DNA of 64,000 bases, taken from positions 298,085-362,084 of the forward strand of contig OY970227.1 in assembly GCA_963714055.1 (NCBI GenBank), read 5' to 3'. Shown piece after piece: positions 21,238-34,962 of the stretch. This DNA comes from an uncultured Acidimicrobiia bacterium. Lineage in GTDB: Bacteria; Actinomycetota; Acidimicrobiia; Spongiisociales; UBA5794. A program made the translations under genes and the position numbers. The notes beneath the pieces are model-generated. The model was not told the DNA's origin and made no database searches. It saw only the letters and a program-made list of their open reading frames with translations. How positions within the stretch are numbered: position 1 is the stretch's first letter; every line of letters begins with the position of its first letter.

Positions 21238-21807
21238 TCAGCCGACATTTCGATAGGAGTCGAAGGTGAGGTCGGCGGTATCTACTACCGCCGCCGTCCG
21301 ACCCGGCGCCGAATGCCCCGACCAGTACATGTTGGTGTGCGAGATCACCTTGTCGGGGCTGGGGGCGCCCCACTCCGAGAGGTCCTCAGTGGTGTGCGCA
21401 TCGCCGACCAGGATGGTGTCGTAGCCGCGGGCGATCGCACCGTGCAGCGTCGAACGAACGCACTCGTCGGTTTGGGCGCCGGTGACGACGAGTCGGCCGA
21501 CCCGGCGCGCAGCCAGCTCCGACTCGAGGTCGGTGTCCTCGAACGAGTCGCCGTACCGCTTGTGGACGATCGGTTCCGACCCGGTCTGCCGGAGCTCCTC
21601 GACGTACTGCCACTCCTCGCTACCCACCGGCAGGTTGTCGGAGGAGTGCTGGACCCAGATCACGGGGACGTTCGCCGCCCGTGCCTTGTCGACGACATCC
21701 CTGATGTTGCCGACCACCTCGTCGCGCTGATGCGTTTCGGCGACGACGCCCTTCTGCACGTCGATGACGAGGAGGGCCGTATTGGGGCGGTTCGAGAACG
21801 TGCTCAC
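21238..21807 (-). CDS. Isochorismatase-family cysteine hydrolase
   Basis: TALLVIDVQ, VHKRYGDSF, GAQTDECVRST, DAHTT. Confidence 0.9.
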   Translation of the reverse strand: MSTFSNRPNTALLVIDVQKGVVAETHQRDEVVGNIRDVVDKARAANVPVIWVQHSSDNLPVGSEEWQYVEELRQTGSEPIVHKRYGDSFEDTDLESELAARRVGRLVVTGAQTDECVRSTLHGAIARGYDTILVGDAHTTEDLSEWGAPSPDKVISHTNMYWSGHSAPGRTAAVVDTADLTFDSYRNVG

Positions 21808-21912
21808 GCCAGACTCCCGGGTCGGGCCACCAGCCTAATAAGGGCCCGCTCCATCCCGGTTTCTGGCGTGGCTCGGTAGGGAAGAGTGAGAGAGCCAGCC
21901 TGGGAGGTTTCG

Positions 21913-22044
21913 ATGACACGAACTCTGATCGCCCTGCTGCTGGCTGCCGTCCTCATGCTCGGTGGGTGCAGCTACGCCGACGACGGTGGCAACACCGGCG
22001 GTGGCTACGGCGCCGCCGGTGAGACGAGTGTCGCTATCCAGTAA
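21913..22044 (+). CDS. Small lipoprotein (43 aa)
   Basis: RBS GGGAGG; MTRTLIALLLAAVLMLGG-C lipobox, then SYADDGGNTGGGYG...; below the ORF-track cutoff. Confidence 0.6.
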   Translation: MTRTLIALLLAAVLMLGGCSYADDGGNTGGGYGAAGETSVAIQ

Positions 22045-22230
22045 CGAGGCGTCGAGGTCGGGGGGCTCGGCTTGCCGTCGTCCCTGGGTGGTCAATCACA
22101 CGCACGATGACGCCACCCAGGGCGACGGTCGCCGTGCGGGCGCTCCGAGCCACCGGGAACAAAGGGGCACTGGTGAGCTGTCACCAGGCTTACCGAGGTC
22201 GGTGCGATCGCCGGGGCAGTGCACACTTGG

Positions 22231-22780
22231 TCACTCGGCTTCGAGCACCATTCTCGCCAGTGTCTCGGCAGCGGCCACGCCGACCTCCGTGTCGTCGCCC
22301 AGCGCGTCCACGGCCACGTCGAACGGTGCAGCGGCGCACACCGCGATCTGGGCTGTGGCCTCACCGTCGGTCCGCAGGTAGGCCTCGGCATCGAGGGTGG
22401 TGACCGGCTCGGTGTATCCAGTGCCCGTCGCCCAGGCCTCGTTGCACACCCCGGGCATCAGCGTAAAGAACACGACCACGGGCAGGCCGCCCCCATCAGC
22501 AGGCTGGTAGTAGCAGGTCTCGTCGGTTTTCTCGACCGTGACGCCCAACACCTCTCCGACCTGCTCGGCGCTCAGCGGGCAATCGAATAGCGCCCTCAAC
22601 TGCCCCGTCTCCAGCATCACCCCCCGCACTCGTCCCGACGCCCGTTCCATCCGATGCCTCCGGAAGGCCCTCCCCCGTGGGATCCGGACTCGCAGTGGAA
22701 TCCCCGCCGCAACCAGCCAGGGTGACCGCCACGAGAGCCACCACACCCAGCAATCGACACTTCGTGTTTATTGACTTCAA
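22231..22780 (-). CDS. Lipoprotein (frameshift near 22587)
   Basis: Signal peptide ending LAG-C, low-complexity linker, then a Cys-containing domain (DCPLSAEQVGEVLG..CYY) in another frame; RBS GGAGG. Confidence 0.65.
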
Positions 22781-22932
22781 TCGTCTTCCTCCATCCAGCC
22801 GGTCAATGGTTCCTCGAGGAGTGAGGGTCTCGTCGAACTCAGAACCTCAGGTTGCACGTTGCGACGAGCTGGAGCGTGGCTTCGAGGTCCATGTCGCATC
22901 CGGAGGCTCTGGCTTTCTCGTATCGAGTCGAG

Positions 22933-23017
22933 TGTCGGAGAGAGGACTCGAACCTCCACGAGCGATTAGCTCACCAGGCCCTCAACCTGGCGCGTCTACC
23001 AATTCCGCCACTCCGAC
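22933..23017 (-). tRNA. tRNA-Leu(GAG)
   Basis: GTCGGAG/CTCCGAC acceptor, CCAGG-TTGAGGG-CCTGG anticodon arm, long variable arm, GGTTCGAGTCC T-loop; TATGAT upstream. Confidence 0.97.
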
Positions 23018-23043
23018 GTGGGGGACGAATCATACCGGGGCGG

Positions 23044-23480
23044 TCACAGGTAGAACCGGGCCAGGCAGGTGGCGACACACGCCGGGCGCTCGCTCCCTTC
23101 CAGCTCGATGGTGACCTCGGCGGTGGTCTGCACCCCTCCGGCGACCTCGGCGACCTCCTCGAGCACGGCGTGCGCCCGGACACGCGAGCCGGTCGGTACC
23201 GGGGTGATGAACCGCACCCGGTCGAGCCCGTAGTTGACCGCCATCCGCGCCGGGAGGTCCACCCGTGGGGCGATCGCCGGGATCAGCGAGAGCAGGAGGA
23301 ACCCGTGGGCGATGGTGGAACCGAACGGTCCTGCCGCCGCCTTCTCGTCGTCGACATGGATCCATTGGTGGTCGTCGGTGGCGTCGGCGAAGGCGTCGAT
23401 CCGCTCTTGGGTGATCGTCGTCCACTCCCCGACCCCGATGGAGGACCCGACCATGGACCGCGAAGGTCGTCGATGGACAC
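23044..23480 (-). CDS. MaoC-family dehydratase (frameshift near 5' end)
   Basis: FADATDDHQWIHVD..GPFGSTIAHGFL..NYGLDRVRF. Confidence 0.88.
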
Positions 23481-23491
23481 GTTCCCTCCGG

Positions 23492-24019
23492 TCAGGTGGC
23501 GGCGCGACCTCGACGGTACAGGTCCGAGGGCGGCACCTTCTCGGGGGGACGGGCGGCGCCCATCACGAGGTCCGGCGCCCACACCGTCATCCCTTCCCTG
23601 ATCCTGTCGTACTCCTTGCGGCTCTCCGACTGGTTGCACAAGAGGTAGTTGCGTCTGCCCACCTTGGCGATCAGGGGCCCGACCCCGATGTGGTCCGGGT
23701 TGCGGCTCCGCAGGTTGGCGAACATCGAGCCTCGGGCACGGCGAAGCACCAGGATGTCGTCCCATGGGATCACGTGGCGGCGGAGGGCGCACACCCGGGT
23801 GACCCCGTCGGCGGCGAAGACGGCGTGGCGGGGCATGTCGAAGAGCGCCGCCCCGGCTAGCACCAAGGCCAGAACACCGAGCACGGCGATGATCGGGGTC
23901 ACCCGGTAGGCCCGGGTGTAGCCGAGCAAGGTCGCCGCCACCAGGAGGCCGGGGGCGAGGGCTGCAGAGGCCAGGCCCCGCATCGATGAGTAGATGCGTA
24001 CCGGCGGCTCAGGACTCAC
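23492..24019 (-). CDS. Hypothetical membrane protein (2 TM + PH-like domain)
   Basis: Two TM helices then [14 protein letters not shown]; start uncertain. Confidence 0.6.
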   Translation of the reverse strand: MSPEPPVRIYSSMRGLASAALAPGLLVAATLLGYTRAYRVTPIIAVLGVLALVLAGAALFDMPRHAVFAADGVTRVCALRRHVIPWDDILVLRRARGSMFANLRSRNPDHIGVGPLIAKVGRRNYLLCNQSESRKEYDRIREGMTVWAPDLVMGAARPPEKVPPSDLYRRGRAAT

Positions 24020-25055
24020 GGGCGTCGACGAGGCGCAGGTCCCGGCCAAGCTTCTGCACCTGGCCCACCAGGGTGTCGTCCGGCGGGCACGGGAAGTGGC
24101 ACGCCACCCAGTGGTTCTCGTACACCGGGAACAGCTGGGGGACCTCGACCTTGCAGATGTCCTGGGCGATGGGGCACCGGGTGTGGAACCGGCATCCCGA
24201 CGGCGGGTTGGCCGGCGAAGGGAGATCGCCTTCGAGGAGGATGCGCTTCCGGTTCCGCTCGGAGTTGGGGTCGGCGACCGGGACCGCCGAGAGCAACGAA
24301 CTGGTGTAGGGGTGGGCGGGCTTCTCGTACAGCTCGTTGCGGTCGGCCAGCTCCACCACCTGCCCGAGGTACATCACCGCCACCCGGTCGGAGATGTGAC
24401 GCACCACCGAAAGGTCGTGGGCGATGAACACGAAGCTGAGGCCGAACTCGTCCTGGATCTGCTCGAGCAGGTTGATCACCTGTGCCTGGATGGACACGTC
24501 GAGCGCTGAAACAGGCTCGTCGAGGATGATCAGGCTCGGGTCGAGGACCAGCGCCCGGGCGATGCCGATGCGCTGCCGCTGGCCGCCGGAGAACTCGTGC
24601 GGGTATCGGTTGCCGTGGTCGGGCATCAGCCCCACCTTGCCGAGCAGGTCACCGACCCGGTCGTACGCCTCCTTGCGGCCCATCCCGTGGATGCGGAGCG
24701 GCTCGGCGACGATGTCCCGCACCGGCATCCTCGGGTTGAGCGAGGCGTACGGGTCCTGGAACACGATCTGCATCTCCTTGCGGAGCTGCCGCATCCGGTC
24801 CTTGTCGGCGCCGGTGACGTCTTCGCCCTTGTACCTCACCGTGCCCGAGGTGGGCTCGATCAGTCGTAGGATCGACCGGCCCAACGTCGTCTTGCCACAC
24901 CCGCTCTCCCCGACCACGCCCAGGGTCTCGTGGGGGTCGACGTACAGCGTGACCCCGTCGACGGCGAGCACCGTGCCGGTCTGGCGGCGGAAGATCCCCT
25001 GGCGGATGGGGAAGTGGGTCTTGAGGTCGTCGACCTCGAGGATGGGCTCGGTCAT
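24009..25055 (-). CDS. Oligopeptide ABC transporter ATPase (OppF/DppF)
   Basis: [39 protein letters not shown]. Confidence 0.93.
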   Translation of the reverse strand: MTEPILEVDDLKTHFPIRQGIFRRQTGTVLAVDGVTLYVDPHETLGVVGESGCGKTTLGRSILRLIEPTSGTVRYKGEDVTGADKDRMRQLRKEMQIVFQDPYASLNPRMPVRDIVAEPLRIHGMGRKEAYDRVGDLLGKVGLMPDHGNRYPHEFSGGQRQRIGIARALVLDPSLIILDEPVSALDVSIQAQVINLLEQIQDEFGLSFVFIAHDLSVVRHISDRVAVMYLGQVVELADRNELYEKPAHPYTSSLLSAVPVADPNSERNRKRILLEGDLPSPANPPSGCRFHTRCPIAQDICKVEVPQLFPVYENHWVACHFPCPPDDTLVGQVQKLGRDLRLVDARES

Positions 25056-26053
25056 GCCCTGATACCCGCCCGGGCGTCCTCGACCTTGTCGATGTGGTAG
25101 CACCGCGAGCTGTGCTGGTCACCGTTGACCGAGATCAGCTCCGGCTCCGCTTCCTCGCAGATGTCGGAGGCGAACACGCACCGGGGCCGGAACGGGCACC
25201 CCTGGGGAAGCCGGAGCAAGTTGGGCGGCGACCCGGGAATCGGGGTCAGCTTCTCGGCGGTACGGGAAGTCAGGATCGGGACCGAGCCGAGCAGCCCCAG
25301 GGTGTACGGGTTGCTGGTCTTGTAGAAGATGTCGTCGATACCGCCGGACTCGAACACGGCGCCGGCGTACATCACGTTGACCCGGTCGGCCAGCCCGGCG
25401 ACCACCCCGAGGTCGTGGGTGATCAGCACCATGGCGGCACCGGTGACCGCCTGCGCCTTCCGGATCACCTGGAGCACCTGGGCCTGGATGGTGACATCGA
25501 GGGCGGTGGTCGGCTCGTCGGCGATGAGCAGCTTGGGCTCGTTGGCCATGGCCATGGCGATCATGGCGCGCTGCCGCATCCCGCCCGAGTACTCGTGGGG
25601 ATACAGCTTGATCCGCCGCCTCGGGTCGGGGATCCCCACCAGGGCGAGCAGCTCGGTGGCGCGGTCCACCGCCTCCTTCTTGGTGACATCGTTGTGCAGC
25701 GTGATCGCCTCGACGATCTGGTCGCCAACGGTGAACACCGGGTTCATCGCCGTCATCGGGTCCTGGAAGATCATGGCGATGTCCTTGCCGCGGATCTTGC
25801 GCAAGTCCTTCGGCTCGGCGCCGATCAACTCCTTTCCGTCGAAGGTGACACTCCCGGTGACGACGGCGGACTTGGGAAGCAGCCCCATGATGGCCAGCGA
25901 TGTCACCGACTTCCCCGACCCCGACTCACCCACCACGGCCAGAACCTCGCCGGGACGCACTTCGAAGCTGGTCCCGCGGACCGCGGTGACGTCGCCCTCG
26001 TCACCGCGGAAGGTGACCGACAGGTCCCTGACCGCCAGGACCGGATCGGTCAA
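25052..26053 (-). CDS. Oligopeptide ABC transporter ATPase (OppD/DppD)
   Basis: [32 protein letters not shown]. Confidence 0.93.
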   Translation of the reverse strand: MTDPVLAVRDLSVTFRGDEGDVTAVRGTSFEVRPGEVLAVVGESGSGKSVTSLAIMGLLPKSAVVTGSVTFDGKELIGAEPKDLRKIRGKDIAMIFQDPMTAMNPVFTVGDQIVEAITLHNDVTKKEAVDRATELLALVGIPDPRRRIKLYPHEYSGGMRQRAMIAMAMANEPKLLIADEPTTALDVTIQAQVLQVIRKAQAVTGAAMVLITHDLGVVAGLADRVNVMYAGAVFESGGIDDIFYKTSNPYTLGLLGSVPILTSRTAEKLTPIPGSPPNLLRLPQGCPFRPRCVFASDICEEAEPELISVNGDQHSSRCYHIDKVEDARAGIRA

Positions 26054-26985
26054 TGCCCCCTCCGAGCCGTGGGATCGAGGGCGTCCCGCATGGCGTCACC
26101 GAGGAAGTTGGTGCACAGCGTGATCATCACCACGAAGAATCCGGGGATGAGGATCTTGGTCGGGTCGGAGTCGATGGCGCCCCGGTAGTCCTGGATGATG
26201 TTGCCCAGGCTGGGGATCGGGGGGCGCACCCCGAGCCCGAGGAACGACAGGGTCGACTCGATGACGATGGCCGCTCCGACCGCCAGGGTGGCGTTGACGA
26301 TGATCGGGCCGAACGTGTTCGGGATGATGTGACGGAACATGATCCGCCCGGGCTTGGCCCCGGCGGCCACCGCCGCCTGGACGAACTCCTGCTCCTTGAA
26401 CTGGATGAACAGCCCGCGGACGACACGGGCGATGACCGGCCACGAGAGGAGGGCGAGGAGGATCGCCGTGCTGTAGACCCCGCCGCCCCACTTCACCGCC
26501 ACCACCAACAGCACCAGGAGGCCGGGGACGATGAGGAACAGGTTGGTCAACGAGGACAGCAGGTTGTCGATCCAGCCGCCGAAGAACCCGGCGATGGCTC
26601 CGATGATGGTGCCGATGATCGTGGTGAGCAGCGCAACGGTGATGGCGATGGTCATCGAGATCTGGCCCCCGGTGAACACCCGGACCATGAGGTCGCGCCC
26701 GATCTGGTCGGTGCCGAACGGATGGGTGAGCGACGGGCCCTGGTTCGGTAGGCCGGCGAGCACCTGGTCGTAGGTGAACGGCGACAGCCACGGGCCCACC
26801 CAGAAGGCGAGGGTGAGCAGGACGAGGAGGATGAGCGACACCACCGCCACCGGGTGCTTCCTGAACCGGTCCCAGGTCTGCTTCCTCATGCTGCGCGCCT
26901 CGACGTCCAATCCCTCGGCTTCGACGAGGATCGGGTCGAACCCGGCGACGATCTCCACCTGCTCGTGGGAACCGAGGTCAGTCAT
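26050..26985 (-). CDS. Oligopeptide ABC permease (OppC/DppC)
   Basis: HPFGTDQIGRD, EAA loop QEFVQAAVAAGA..RHIIPN, LSFLGLG. Confidence 0.93.
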   Translation of the reverse strand: MTDLGSHEQVEIVAGFDPILVEAEGLDVEARSMRKQTWDRFRKHPVAVVSLILLVLLTLAFWVGPWLSPFTYDQVLAGLPNQGPSLTHPFGTDQIGRDLMVRVFTGGQISMTIAITVALLTTIIGTIIGAIAGFFGGWIDNLLSSLTNLFLIVPGLLVLLVVAVKWGGGVYSTAILLALLSWPVIARVVRGLFIQFKEQEFVQAAVAAGAKPGRIMFRHIIPNTFGPIIVNATLAVGAAIVIESTLSFLGLGVRPPIPSLGNIIQDYRGAIDSDPTKILIPGFFVVMITLCTNFLGDAMRDALDPTARRGH

Positions 26986-27943
26986 AGCGCACCCTTGGAT
27001 CGAGGACTCCGTACATGACGTCGGCGACCAGGTTGAACAGGATGGTGATCACCGCGGTGAACACCATGATCGCCATCACCGGGTCGAGGTCGAATCCCTG
27101 CAGCGATTGGAGGAAGTAGCTGCCGATGCCCGGCCAGGCGAACACGGTCTCGGTGATCACCGACCCGGACAGCAGGATGGCGAAGTCGAGTGCCCAGATG
27201 GTCACCAGCGGGATGAGGGCGTTGCGCAGGGCGTGGTGGAGGATCACCCTGCGCTCGGGCACCCCCTTGGCCCGGGCGGTGCGGGTGTACTCGGAGTTGA
27301 TCACCTCGAGCATCGACGCCCTGCCGAACCGGCTCTCCCCGGCGACGCTGACCAGCATCAGGGTGACGACCGGGAGGGTCAGCGACCGTAACAGGTCGAT
27401 GAAGTTGGCATTGTGGTACCCGGTGACATAGAACGGTGTGTTGCCCGTCCATTGCTGCCACCACACCCCCCAGAAGACCTGGAGCAGTAGGCCGAAGAAG
27501 AAGGTCGGCATCGAGATACCGACGAAGGAGAACGCGGTGAGCGCGTTGTCCCCGAACGAGTACTGCCTGACCGCCGAGTAGACCCCGAGGGCGACGGCGA
27601 TCAACGCGGTGAGGATGAAGGCCGGTGTCGCCAGCATGATGGTTTTCGGTAACCGCTCGGAGAGGACCTCGGTCACCGGCCGGAACCCGTCGCGCACCGA
27701 GGTCCCCAGGTCGCCTTGGAGGGCGTCACCCAGCCAGCCGATGTAGCGCTGCGGGATGGTCTTGTCGAGCTCGTACATCTCGGTGATCCGCTGCTCGAAC
27801 TCGGCGCCGCACCTGGTCGGCGGGCAGGTGGCGAGCAACAACTCGGGGTCCGACGAGATCGACGTCAGGTAGAAGACGACCATGGTGCCGACGAAGAGCA
27901 GGATGACCGACGAGAAGAGTCGGCGGACCGTGTAGGCGACCAT
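26978..27943 (-). CDS. Oligopeptide ABC permease (OppB/DppB)
   Basis: GDLGTS, EYTRTARAKG..HALRNA, ETVFAWPGIG, YGVLDPRVR. Confidence 0.93.
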   Translation of the reverse strand: MVAYTVRRLFSSVILLFVGTMVVFYLTSISSDPELLLATCPPTRCGAEFEQRITEMYELDKTIPQRYIGWLGDALQGDLGTSVRDGFRPVTEVLSERLPKTIMLATPAFILTALIAVALGVYSAVRQYSFGDNALTAFSFVGISMPTFFFGLLLQVFWGVWWQQWTGNTPFYVTGYHNANFIDLLRSLTLPVVTLMLVSVAGESRFGRASMLEVINSEYTRTARAKGVPERRVILHHALRNALIPLVTIWALDFAILLSGSVITETVFAWPGIGSYFLQSLQGFDLDPVMAIMVFTAVITILFNLVADVMYGVLDPRVRYD

Positions 27944-28245
27944 CAGCAGCCCCCTCGGTGATGTTGCGGCATCCTCAAGGGAATATACCAACCCGGGTCG
28001 ACTTCTGCTGGTGACCGGGATCCGCCCGCCTTCGGCGAACCCGACCGAAAAGAGGCTACGCCGTCAGGCGGAGACTCGGCGATGGGGGCTGGGGGTTCCC
28101 CATCGCACCTATTGGTACAGGCCCGCCTGCAGGGCGGGCACCCAGGAGAGTGGCGTCGAGCCCGAATGGGGTTCGAAAGCCGCTCGACCGCCCGGCGAAG
28201 CCGGACGATCAGACGTGAGGCTCCAGCCGAAGAGCCATGAACAGT

Positions 28246-28275
28246 GAGAGGGGGCCCGTTGCCGGGCCCCCTCTC
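28246..28275 (-). terminator. Hairpin after oppA
   Basis: 13-bp perfect stem GAGAGGGGGCCCG/CGGGCCCCCTCTC with 4-nt loop, 27 nt after the stop; weak U-tract. Confidence 0.7.
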
Positions 28276-28301
28276 GGTCGTTTCGGTTCGCCGCCCTGGG
28301 A

Positions 28302-30190
28302 TCAGGGAACGAGGGCGAAGTCGACCACGTTGACGAGCGGGCCGGCGCTGTTGGCGTCCGGCGAGACCGCCCCGGCCGAAAGGGCCGTGTTGCTGTACGC
28401 GTAGAACGACGGCTTCTGGGTCAGCGGAAGGACGATGAGCCCATCGCCGTCCGGACCGAGCGTCGTCACGAACTCGTCGAGCTCGTTGTAGCAGGTGGCT
28501 GCCTCCGCCTCGTCGACGATGAGGTCGCACTCGTCGGCCTTGGCGTCGAAGCCGGGGCTTGCGTACCCGTACGGGTTGTTACCGGAGTCGGTGCGGAACG
28601 AGAACGATCCGCTCCCCGGCCACGGGCCACCCACCCAGGCGAACTGGGTGAGCTCCCACACGGTCGGATCGCCACCGAACGGGATGGAGAAGTACTCCGA
28701 ACCCGGCAGGTTCTCGATCACGATCTCGATGCCGGCCTCCAGCATCTGCGCCTGGATGAGCTGCTGCTGCAGCTCGCGCAGCTGGTTGCCACCGGTCGTG
28801 CCGACCCGCAGCGACAGGCGCCCGTCGGTCGGGTGCTCGTAGATGCCGTCGGCTCCTTCGACGTAGCCGGCGCCCTCGAGCAGGGCCCGAGCCGCCTCGA
28901 CGTCTCCGGTGCCGTAGCCGGCCTCGCCCTGATGGTCGACGTACGCAGGCTGGTTGGACATCCAGAAGGCGTTGCCCAGGCCGGCGGTCGGCAGCAGGTC
29001 GCCGAACAGCGGCGTGTACAGCGTCTCCACCACCTGCGCCTTGTTGAGGGCGTGGGCCAGGGCCTCACGCACCTCCACCTTGGCGAGGTGGACGTTGAGG
29101 ATGTTCATGCCCCAGTGCTCCCACACCGGGCCCGCCAGCGGGTCCACCGTGAAGTTGGGGTCTTCCGCCAACTCGGTGAACTGCTGCTGCGGCTGGGTGA
29201 AGATGACGTGGGCCTGACCCGACTTCAGGGCGTTGACCTGGGCGTCGGTGTCGGTCACGAACTGCATGTCGACGCCGGCAACACAGGCGATGCCCTTGTT
29301 GACGGTATCCGGGCTGTTCGACCCGTTGTAGTTGTCGTTGCGCAGCATGTGGATGGCCACGCCACGCTCCCAGCTGTCGAACACCATCGGGCCCGAGGAC
29401 GGGATCGCATCGCCGCTCGCCAGGGTCCACTCGCGCAGCGCTTCGTTGACCTCGGCCGCGGCAGTTGCCGGGTCGGCATCGAAGACATGGCTCGGGTAGA
29501 CCTCGGAGAACAGGGCCTTCCAACCGCCGAAGAACGCGCTCCAGGTGATCGAGAACTCGGTCGGCGACGTCACCTCGAAAGCGGTGATGGTGTCGTAGCC
29601 GGTCCGGTCGCCGATCAGGTAGATGAAGTCGCTCTCCGGGTCGGTGTCGGTGTCCTGGTCGTCTGGCGTGGTGTCCGGCCCGGTCGCCATGAAGGCGTCG
29701 AAGGTGAACTTCACGTCGTCGGCGGTCAGGTCGTCGCCATCGGACCACACCAGGCCGTCACGCAGCACGAAGGTGCCGGTGAAGGTCCCGTCGCCGTTGT
29801 CGGTCATCACGGCCTCCTCAGCCAGCAACTCCGGGAAGAAGGTGGTGGCGCCGGTGATGCCGTACAGACCGTCGAGCAACGGTTGGCGTGCCCACGCGGT
29901 GGCGGTCAGGTTGTTGGCCGGGTCGTCCAGGTGCAGGTCAGGCGGCTCCTGCTCGTGCGCCCAGATGAGGGTGCCCTCACCGCGCCGGCGCAATAGTCGT
30001 CGCCTGCTGCAGTGGTGGTACCCGGTGCCCCGGTCGTGTCGGACGGGGCGGCGGTTGTCGCCCCTGCGTCTGCTGCCGTGGTCGTGGCCTCGTCGCCCGT
30101 GTCGTCGTCGCCACCACAGGCAGCGACGATCAGCACGAAGGCGAGGAGAAGCACGGACCAGGCGAGCTTGCGGCTATGCCACAAGTTCAA
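28302..30190 (-). CDS. Peptide ABC substrate-binding lipoprotein (frameshift near 29985)
   Basis: RBS AAGGAGG, lipobox VAA-C, family-5 motifs LRDGLVWSDG..TADDVKFT, VREALAHALN. Confidence 0.88.
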
Positions 30191-30239
30191 GGTGTTGCCT
30201 CCTTATGAATGGAAGCACTCCTCGACGGCTGTATCGCCG

Positions 30240-30488
30240 TCAACGCCACAGCCACGTCAACGCGAATGTGGTGACGCCGAAGGCCACGGCGACGATCACG
30301 GTGAGGCGGTCGAGGTTTCGCTCGACCACCGTCGATCCCGAATAGCTGCCGCTCATCCCCCCACCGAACATGTCGGAGACCCCGCCACCACGTCCGGCAT
30401 GAAGCAGGATGAGGAAGATCAGAGCCAAGGAGACGACCGCATGCAACGCCGCAACGATTCCGGCCAGCAAGGAGTGCCCTTTCTCCAA
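30240..30488 (-). CDS. secG: Preprotein translocase SecG (true start may be TTG at 30470)
   Basis: LILLHAGRGGGVSDMFGGG..VERNLDRLT. Confidence 0.92.
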   Translation of the reverse strand: MEKGHSLLAGIVAALHAVVSLALIFLILLHAGRGGGVSDMFGGGMSGSYSGSTVVERNLDRLTVIVAVAFGVTTFALTWLWR

Positions 30489-30591
30489 GGCCGCCCTCTT
30501 GCGAGGAGCGGTCCTGTGGGCGAAGTATCGCCGCCCCTGGGCGCCTAAGCAAGTCCGCGCCAGAACCTTCCAGAGAGTCGCCGGGGTGAGC

Positions 30592-31356
30592 TCAGGGCGC
30601 CGACGAAGCCTGGCGGGCGACGGCGGCGGCCGCCGCCTCGACCTCCTCCGGGTCGCCGAGGTATCGCGACGACACCTTTCTCAGGTCGTCGTCGAGCTGG
30701 TACACCAGCGGCACGCCGGTGGGGATGTTCAGGTCGACCACCTCGGCGTCGGTGAGGCCGTCGAGGTGCTTGACCAGGGCGCGCAGGCTGTTGCCATGGG
30801 CCGCCACCAGCACCCGCTGTCCACGGCGCATGTCGGGGACGATGGCGTCGTACCAGTACGGCAGCATCCTGTCGACGACGTCGGCGAGGCACTCGGTGGC
30901 GGGAAGCAACTCGGGGGGCATCCAGGCGTAACGCGGGTCGTTGCCGGGATGTCGTTCGTCGGCGCGGTCGAGGCCCGGCGGCGGCACGTCGTACGAGCGT
31001 CGCCACAGCAGCACCTGGTCGTCACCGTGACGGCGGGCGGTCTCCGCCTTGTCGAGGCCCTGCAGCGCCCCGTAGTGGCGCTCGTTCAGCCGCCAGTGCT
31101 TCTTCTCCTCGATCCATCCGAGGTCCATGGCGTCGAGGGCGAGGTGGGCGGTGTCGATGGCCCGGCGGAGCAGTGAGGTGTGGACCACGTCGAAGCCGAG
31201 CCCGGCTTCGCCCATGAGCCTCCCCGACTCGGTGGCCTCCTCCCGGCCGAGGTCGGACAGCGGCACGTCGGTCCACCCGGTGAAGATGTTCTCCAGGTTC
31301 CAGGTGCTCTGCCCGTGCCGGAGCAGGACCAGCGTCGAAGTCGGCGCACCGGACAC
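30592..31356 (-). CDS. gpmA: 2,3-BPG-dependent phosphoglycerate mutase
   Basis: [48 protein letters not shown]. Confidence 0.96.
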   Translation of the reverse strand: MSGAPTSTLVLLRHGQSTWNLENIFTGWTDVPLSDLGREEATESGRLMGEAGLGFDVVHTSLLRRAIDTAHLALDAMDLGWIEEKKHWRLNERHYGALQGLDKAETARRHGDDQVLLWRRSYDVPPPGLDRADERHPGNDPRYAWMPPELLPATECLADVVDRMLPYWYDAIVPDMRRGQRVLVAAHGNSLRALVKHLDGLTDAEVVDLNIPTGVPLVYQLDDDLRKVSSRYLGDPEEVEAAAAAVARQASSAP

Positions 31357-31419
31357 GGCGCCAGTGTGGGCCGCGCCGGCGTCGTAGGGCAAGTCGATCG
31401 GAAGATGCGGCGGAGCCGC

Positions 31420-31860
31420 CTACCAGCCGGCGGCCTCGTCCGGGATCTCCACGGTGAACCGGGTGCGACGGAGCTGCCAGGTCGCGGTGCGGAGCCCGGA
31501 CCACGACCCGAGCCGCGGCAGCATCTTGTATTCGGCCTCGTTGGGGAAGAGACCGTCGTGGTAGGCCGCCGCGTCGCGGATCACGTCACCGAGCACCGAT
31601 CTGGCCTCAGCCTCGGCTCCCGCCTTGCCCGACCCCGCCACCGTGAACCGGACGAACACCCGGCCGGTGTCGACGTCGGTGGTGAAGTAGGGGTCGACCA
31701 CCCGGCTCTGCTGCGAGAGTCGCGTCTGCACGGCTTCGACGTGCGCCAGCAGCGAGTCGATGTCATCCCCCCATGGCATTCGGCGCGTGACGGCGAACTC
31801 GAAGAGCGCCTCGACCCGCATTTCCCCCCACGTTTCTGTCCCCACCAACATGCTCACCAC
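31420..31860 (-). CDS. Hypothetical protein
   Basis: ORF with RBS GGGGAGG and upstream TTGCGG-N17-GATAAT; no family recognised. Confidence 0.6.
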   Translation of the reverse strand: MVSMLVGTETWGEMRVEALFEFAVTRRMPWGDDIDSLLAHVEAVQTRLSQQSRVVDPYFTTDVDTGRVFVRFTVAGSGKAGAEAEARSVLGDVIRDAAAYHDGLFPNEAEYKMLPRLGSWSGLRTATWQLRRTRFTVEIPDEAAGW

Positions 31861-31967
31861 GTGAACCGCCTCCCCTTCAACCTCTGCGGATCATGGCACT
31901 TGTGATTATCCGGGCGGCTCGAAGGGGCCGCAATGGGTCGGCAAACCCAAAGCAACGGGGGGGAAGG

Positions 31968-32732
31968 TCACACCCAGTAACGGACTATGGCGGCGAACTG
32001 GTCTGGGTCCAGCGAGGCCCCTCCCACCAGCCCGCCGTCGATGTCGTCCTTGGCCATCAGGCCGGCGATGTTCCCCGGGTTGACCGAGCCGCCGTAGAGG
32101 ATCCTGGCCTGCTCGGCGGCTTCGCCCCAACGACCGGCGATCGTCTGCCGCACCAACGAGGCCATCGCCCCGGCGTCGTCGGCGGAGGCGGTGCGACCGG
32201 TGCCGATGGCCCAGATCGGCTCGTAGGCGACGACCAGCCCGGCGACGGCGGTGGCGTCGAGCCCGGCCAGTGAAGCGGCCAGCTGCTCGGTGACGATCGC
32301 TTCCGCCTCGCCCGCCTCACGCTGCTCCAGGGTCTCCCCGACGCAGACGATCGGGGTCATCCCGGCGGCGATGACCGCCTTCGCCTTGCGGTTGACGATG
32401 TCGTCGGTCTCACCGAACAGCTGGCGGCGCTCGGAGTGCCCGGCGATGACGTAGCGCACCGAGAGCTTGGCGAGCATGCCCGGGCTGACCTCGCCGGTGA
32501 ACGCCCCCGACTCCTCGAAGTGGCAGTTCTGCGCCCCCAGCCGGACCAGCAGGTGGTCGGCCTCGATCACCGTCTGCGCAGAGCGCAATGCGGTGAACGG
32601 CGGGCACACCACCACGTCGACCCGGTCGTAGTCCCCGGGGTCGAGCCGGTAGCTGAGCTTCTGCACCATCTGGATCGCCTCGAGGTGTGAGGCGTTCATC
32701 TTCCAGTTGCCGGCGATCAGGTTCTTGCGCAT
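31968..32732 (-). CDS. tpiA: Triosephosphate isomerase
   Basis: [37 protein letters not shown]. Confidence 0.97.
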   Translation of the reverse strand: MRKNLIAGNWKMNASHLEAIQMVQKLSYRLDPGDYDRVDVVVCPPFTALRSAQTVIEADHLLVRLGAQNCHFEESGAFTGEVSPGMLAKLSVRYVIAGHSERRQLFGETDDIVNRKAKAVIAAGMTPIVCVGETLEQREAGEAEAIVTEQLAASLAGLDATAVAGLVVAYEPIWAIGTGRTASADDAGAMASLVRQTIAGRWGEAAEQARILYGGSVNPGNIAGLMAKDDIDGGLVGGASLDPDQFAAIVRYWV

Positions 32733-32753
32733 CGCTCCCCGTTCACGACTCGG

Positions 32754-34945
<2,192 letters not shown>

Positions 34946-34962
34946 CTAGGGCCTTGTGGTAG

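Noticed and set aside
21851-21880. SigK-type promoter before the small lipoprotein
   Set aside because: CCATCC is present but there is no convincing -10 at the expected spacing
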